Assembly (NCBI GenBank): GCA_964629685.1
Contig: CAZVTT010000001.1
Span: 176,627 to 240,626 of the forward strand
Reading direction: 5' to 3'
Length of the DNA stretch: 64,000 nucleotides
Source: an uncultured Gammaproteobacteria bacterium
Lineage (GTDB): Bacteria > Patescibacteriota > Microgenomatia > UBA10105 > UBA927
This document shows, one piece after another, positions 60,569-64,000 of the stretch (its first letter is position 1; every line of letters begins with the position of its first letter). A program made the position numbers and the translations under genes. The notes beneath the pieces are model-generated. The model worked only from the letters and a program-made list of their open reading frames with translations, was not told the origin of the DNA and did no database searches.

Positions 60569-61192
60569 GTGAATGTTATCACACACCTATCACGCGCGGG
60601 AGTAATTTGGGCTCAAAACATTGTTGGGATAATCTTCCGTCCCTATGAAACATACCGCAGAATCGTTGAGAAGGGGACCTCCTGGGAATTAGCGTATATC
60701 GCAGTATTCCTTTCTGTTTACTTTTCTTTTGCTTCGTTAGTAAAAACGTCATCACTGCATCCGTTTTTGCTGACACGTAAGTTTGTCTGGCTCGGGGTTA
60801 CCAGTGGTATAGGATATATTGCTTCAGTTTTCGGGTTGTGGGCGCTCGGCAGGTTGGTACGGGGAAAAGGACGGTTCAGTAGTTTTGCATTGGCTTGGGC
60901 ATATACCTTAATACCCACTGTGGTGTGGTTTTGGATAACCTCGTTGTTATATGTCATCCTACCGCCGCCACGGTCGGCAACCTGGCTTGGTGTGGGTTTC
61001 AGCATTGTATATTTGGTTTTTAGTACCACTTTGTTGTTGTGGAAATGCACCTTGGCATATTTATCTCTGCGATTTGGCCTTAGGCTTGATCTGCAGCGAA
61101 TTCTGATTATTGCCGTTATGGCCATACCCCTCGGGGTACTTTATGGCGGACTCATGCATTATTTTCGAGTATTTCGTGTACCATTTTTATAG
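60569..61192 (+). CDS. Yip1-like membrane protein
   Basis: IIFRPYETYRRI start; ~5 TM; GRLVRGKGRF..AYTLIP pattern. Confidence 0.65.
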   Translation: MNVITHLSRAGVIWAQNIVGIIFRPYETYRRIVEKGTSWELAYIAVFLSVYFSFASLVKTSSLHPFLLTRKFVWLGVTSGIGYIASVFGLWALGRLVRGKGRFSSFALAWAYTLIPTVVWFWITSLLYVILPPPRSATWLGVGFSIVYLVFSTTLLLWKCTLAYLSLRFGLRLDLQRILIIAVMAIPLGVLYGGLMHYFRVFRVPFL

Positions 61193-61200
61193 GAGAGCAT

Positions 61201-62373
61201 ATGAATTTACGATCGTTTGATTCCGTAAAAGCCCGGCGCGATGCAGTAGAGAACGTGACCGGAAAACCGCTAAAACAGATAGGTAATCATGTCCTGGATG
61301 AAACTGTTGCAGCCGCCAGGCACTGCGAAAACATGATCGGAGCAGTGCAGGTCCCTTTGGGGATTGTTGGTCCGTTGCGTGTGCATTCCGTAACAACCGG
61401 AGTGGAACAGGAATATTTGGTACCACTTGCGACGACCGAAGCTGCCCTGGTCGCCTCCGTGAATAGGGGAGTAAAAGCCATAACTGAAAGCGGAGGGGCA
61501 AAGGTTATGAGTGAGCGGGTAGGTCCGACCAGAGGCCCCGTATTCAGGGTCGAGAGTATTGAAGACGGTATCAGCTTTGAACAGTTTTTAGAAAATCAAT
61601 TCCCTGAATTACAAAGGGTGGCTGAGGAGACTTCCCATCATTTGAAGCTCAAGCAGTATTTCGTTCGGGGAGCAGGAAAGTACAGATATGTGCGATTTGT
61701 ATTCGATACGCAGGACGCCATGGGATTAAACATGGTTACTATAGCTACGCAGGCGATGGTTGTTTATATCGAAACGAAAACCGGAATTCCATGTACCGAT
61801 ATATCCGGAAACTATTGTGTCGATAAAAAACCTTCCTGGCAAAACGTAATAAATCAGCGTGGCTTACCGACTCACGCCGAAATAACGTTGTCATCCGAAA
61901 CTATTTCAGGGATTCTGAAAACCACACCCGAAGCGATATATGAAAGCTGGTTAGCTAAATGTATGTTGGGAAGCGCCATGTCAGGATCTATGGCATTCAA
62001 TGCACAGTTTGCCAATATTCTGGCAGCAATATTCCTGGCAACCGGTCAGGATATTGCACATGTTTCCGAAGGATCTGTCGGGTTTACCACGACTGAGTTA
62101 ATATCGGGCCCGTCAGATAAGGCATTATATGTAAGTATTTACTTGCCGGACTTGCTGGTCGGTACGGTTGGTGGGGGAACAGCTTTGGGGCCACAGCAGG
62201 AAGCTCTGGGTTTACTGGGTGTAGCTGGTGGCGCTGACGGGAAGAATGCTCTGCGTTTTGCGGAAATAATCGGAGCTACGGTGCTGGCAGGTGAAATTTC
62301 ATTGCTGGCTTCTTTAGCAGAAGGTTCGCTGGCGCGTGCGCACGCTCAATTGGCGCGGGGAAAGGGTCAATAA
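61201..62373 (+). CDS. hmgA: HMG-CoA reductase, class I (NADPH, archaeal/eukaryotic type)
   Basis: CENMIG, PLATTE, DAMGLNM, GNYCVDKK, ATGQDIAH, GTVGGGT. Confidence 0.95.
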   Translation: MNLRSFDSVKARRDAVENVTGKPLKQIGNHVLDETVAAARHCENMIGAVQVPLGIVGPLRVHSVTTGVEQEYLVPLATTEAALVASVNRGVKAITESGGAKVMSERVGPTRGPVFRVESIEDGISFEQFLENQFPELQRVAEETSHHLKLKQYFVRGAGKYRYVRFVFDTQDAMGLNMVTIATQAMVVYIETKTGIPCTDISGNYCVDKKPSWQNVINQRGLPTHAEITLSSETISGILKTTPEAIYESWLAKCMLGSAMSGSMAFNAQFANILAAIFLATGQDIAHVSEGSVGFTTTELISGPSDKALYVSIYLPDLLVGTVGGGTALGPQQEALGLLGVAGGADGKNALRFAEIIGATVLAGEISLLASLAEGSLARAHAQLARGKGQ

Positions 62374-62376
62374 ATC

Positions 62377-63420
62377 ATGGTAAGTGTATTAAGTTATGGT
62401 GCATATATACCCAGAAGCAGAGTATCGTTAAAATCGATTGCTGAAGCATGGAAAAAAGAATCCGGAGACGTAGAGGGTTCTTTGGGACTTAAAGAAAAGT
62501 CAGTACCTGCTGTAGATGAAGATGCTGTGACTATTGCCTACGAAGCTGCAGTTCAAGCGTGCCTGCCTCAGCATTGTCAGCCGAAAAATATCGGCGCGTT
62601 ATTTGTAGGTTCGGAAAGTCATCCGTATGCCGTAAATCCTACATCTACCATCGTGGGGGATTTATTGGGGATCGGTCATAATTATCTGGCAGCCGATATG
62701 GAGTTTGCCTGTAAAGCGGGTACTGCCGGCATTCAGGCTACCGTGGGTTTAATTCAAAGTGGTCAAATACAAATGGGCATGGCTATCGGAACTGATGCTG
62801 CTCAAAGTAAACCACATGATGCCCTGGAATATACATCGGCAGCTGCCGGAGCGGCATTCGTTCTCGGAAAAGGAACCGGTGTTGCCGAATTAATGGCTAT
62901 GAATTCATATTCTTCGGATACGCCGGATTTTTGGCGACGGGATGGCATCAGATATCCCTCACATGCAGGGCGTTTTACCGGAGAACCAGCGTATTTTGCC
63001 CACGTTATGGGTGCCGCCAAACAGCTATTCGAAAAAACAGAAACGACTGCCTCTGATTACACCTGGTGTGTATTTCATATGCCGAACGGAAAATTTCCCC
63101 GTGAAGCAGCAAAACGGCTTGGGTTTTCCAAGGAACAGTTAGTCCCGTCTTTGACCGTTGATGCAATCGGAAATCCGTATTCTGCTTCTTCTCTATTGGG
63201 ATTTGCTGCTGTATTAGATCAGGCGAAGCCCGGAGACAAAATATTTATGGTATCGTACGGTTCCGGAGCCGGTAGTGATGGGTTTGTGTGGCTGGTGGGG
63301 CCGGGGATTTTGGATGTACAGGAGCTGAGGAAGCAACATAAACTACGTGTGATTGATTTTATAGATAATCGTGTATCTATTGATTATCTGGGGTATTTAA
63401 AGCAGACACAAAAAATATAA
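62377..63420 (+). CDS. HMG-CoA synthase, archaeal type
   Basis: GSESHPYAVNPT, DMEFACKAGT, DTPDFWRR, GRFTGEPAYF, FHMPNGKFP, SYGSGAGSD. Confidence 0.93.
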   Translation: MVSVLSYGAYIPRSRVSLKSIAEAWKKESGDVEGSLGLKEKSVPAVDEDAVTIAYEAAVQACLPQHCQPKNIGALFVGSESHPYAVNPTSTIVGDLLGIGHNYLAADMEFACKAGTAGIQATVGLIQSGQIQMGMAIGTDAAQSKPHDALEYTSAAAGAAFVLGKGTGVAELMAMNSYSSDTPDFWRRDGIRYPSHAGRFTGEPAYFAHVMGAAKQLFEKTETTASDYTWCVFHMPNGKFPREAAKRLGFSKEQLVPSLTVDAIGNPYSASSLLGFAAVLDQAKPGDKIFMVSYGSGAGSDGFVWLVGPGILDVQELRKQHKLRVIDFIDNRVSIDYLGYLKQTQKI

Positions 63421-63423
63421 GCT

Positions 63424-64000
63424 ATGAAAATTGAAGTAATCGGCGCTGCAACAACCACGTTTGGTGAACTTTGGGAAGTTTCTCCCCGATCTTTGGCGCG
63501 CGATGCGGTTCAACAGGCCATGCAGCAAGCGGATGTGGAGAAAAAAGATATAGATGCACTGTATGTCGGGAACATGTTGTCGGGAATTTTGGGAGGACAA
63601 GAGCATCTGGGGTCCTTTTTTTCCGACGAATTGGGTTTTTTCTGCCCGGCGTTTAAAATTGAAGGAGCTTGTGCTTCAGGCGGACTCGCTGTGCATACGG
63701 CTGTTACGGCAATCCTCTCAGGAATATACGAAACGGTTGTGGTATTAGGTGTCGAAAAAATGACCGATCATAAACCGGAAGATGTCGCCACTGCACTTAT
63801 GGGGGCCGGTAACAGCGAAGAGCGTTACTCCGGTGCAATTTTTCCGGGCCTTTACGCGTTACTCGCACGGGTTCATATGGCAACGTATGGAACGACAGAA
63901 GAACAAATGGCTGCAGTTGCCGTGAAGAATCATTTCCATGCCAGCTTAAACCCAAAAGCACAGTATCGTTCTCCTATTACCGTGGAACAGGTGTTGCGGA
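63424..64000 (+). CDS. Acetyl-CoA acetyltransferase (archaeal/SCP2-type thiolase), 3'-truncated
   Basis: Translated by hand: MKIEVIGAATTTFGELWE..LYVGNM..IEGACASGG..GVEKMTD..AVAVKNH..NPKAQ; open to the window end. Confidence 0.92.
   Translation, partial: MKIEVIGAATTTFGELWEVSPRSLARDAVQQAMQQADVEKKDIDALYVGNMLSGILGGQEHLGSFFSDELGFFCPAFKIEGACASGGLAVHTAVTAILSGIYETVVVLGVEKMTDHKPEDVATALMGAGNSEERYSGAIFPGLYALLARVHMATYGTTEEQMAAVAVKNHFHASLNPKAQYRSPITVEQVLR

Noticed and set aside
63397-63748. Three short ORFs from the track
   Set aside because: Shadows of the thiolase starting at 63424, which lacks a stop inside the window

Overview
Chromosomal window spanning the replication origin of a bacterium that is most likely a Patescibacteria/CPR member (Microgenomates-like). 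This taxonomy is inferred from gene content, not from a database search. (1) ~1-29 kb: a large surface-glycan locus with many GT4/GT2/GT-C glycosyltransferases, Wzx, Wzm/Wzt, an O-antigen-ligase-like protein, SGNH proteins, a PIG-L deacetylase, a methyltransferase, a DegT aminotransferase, and a fused Sat/CysC PAPS synthase near a sulfotransferase. (2) 29-40 kb: rpmH-rnpA-yidD-yidC-jag, more envelope genes, rnhA, DUF4012, rplY, dnaA, an oriC with DnaA boxes and DnaA-trios, and dnaN. (3) 40-60 kb: a monoderm-conjugation-like type IV secretion locus with no relaxase in the window. It contains an M23 fusion, VirB4, PrgI, VirD4 coupled to nadD-nadE, a 1018-aa orphan with a Gly/His tail, a VirB6-like protein and six tandem VirB2/TrbC-like pilins with unusually short leaders. 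(4) 60-64 kb: ECF sigma, small membrane protein, Yip1, then an archaeal-type upper mevalonate pathway. No CRISPR, rRNA, tRNA, integrase or transposase was seen. All family calls come from motif recognition by eye.
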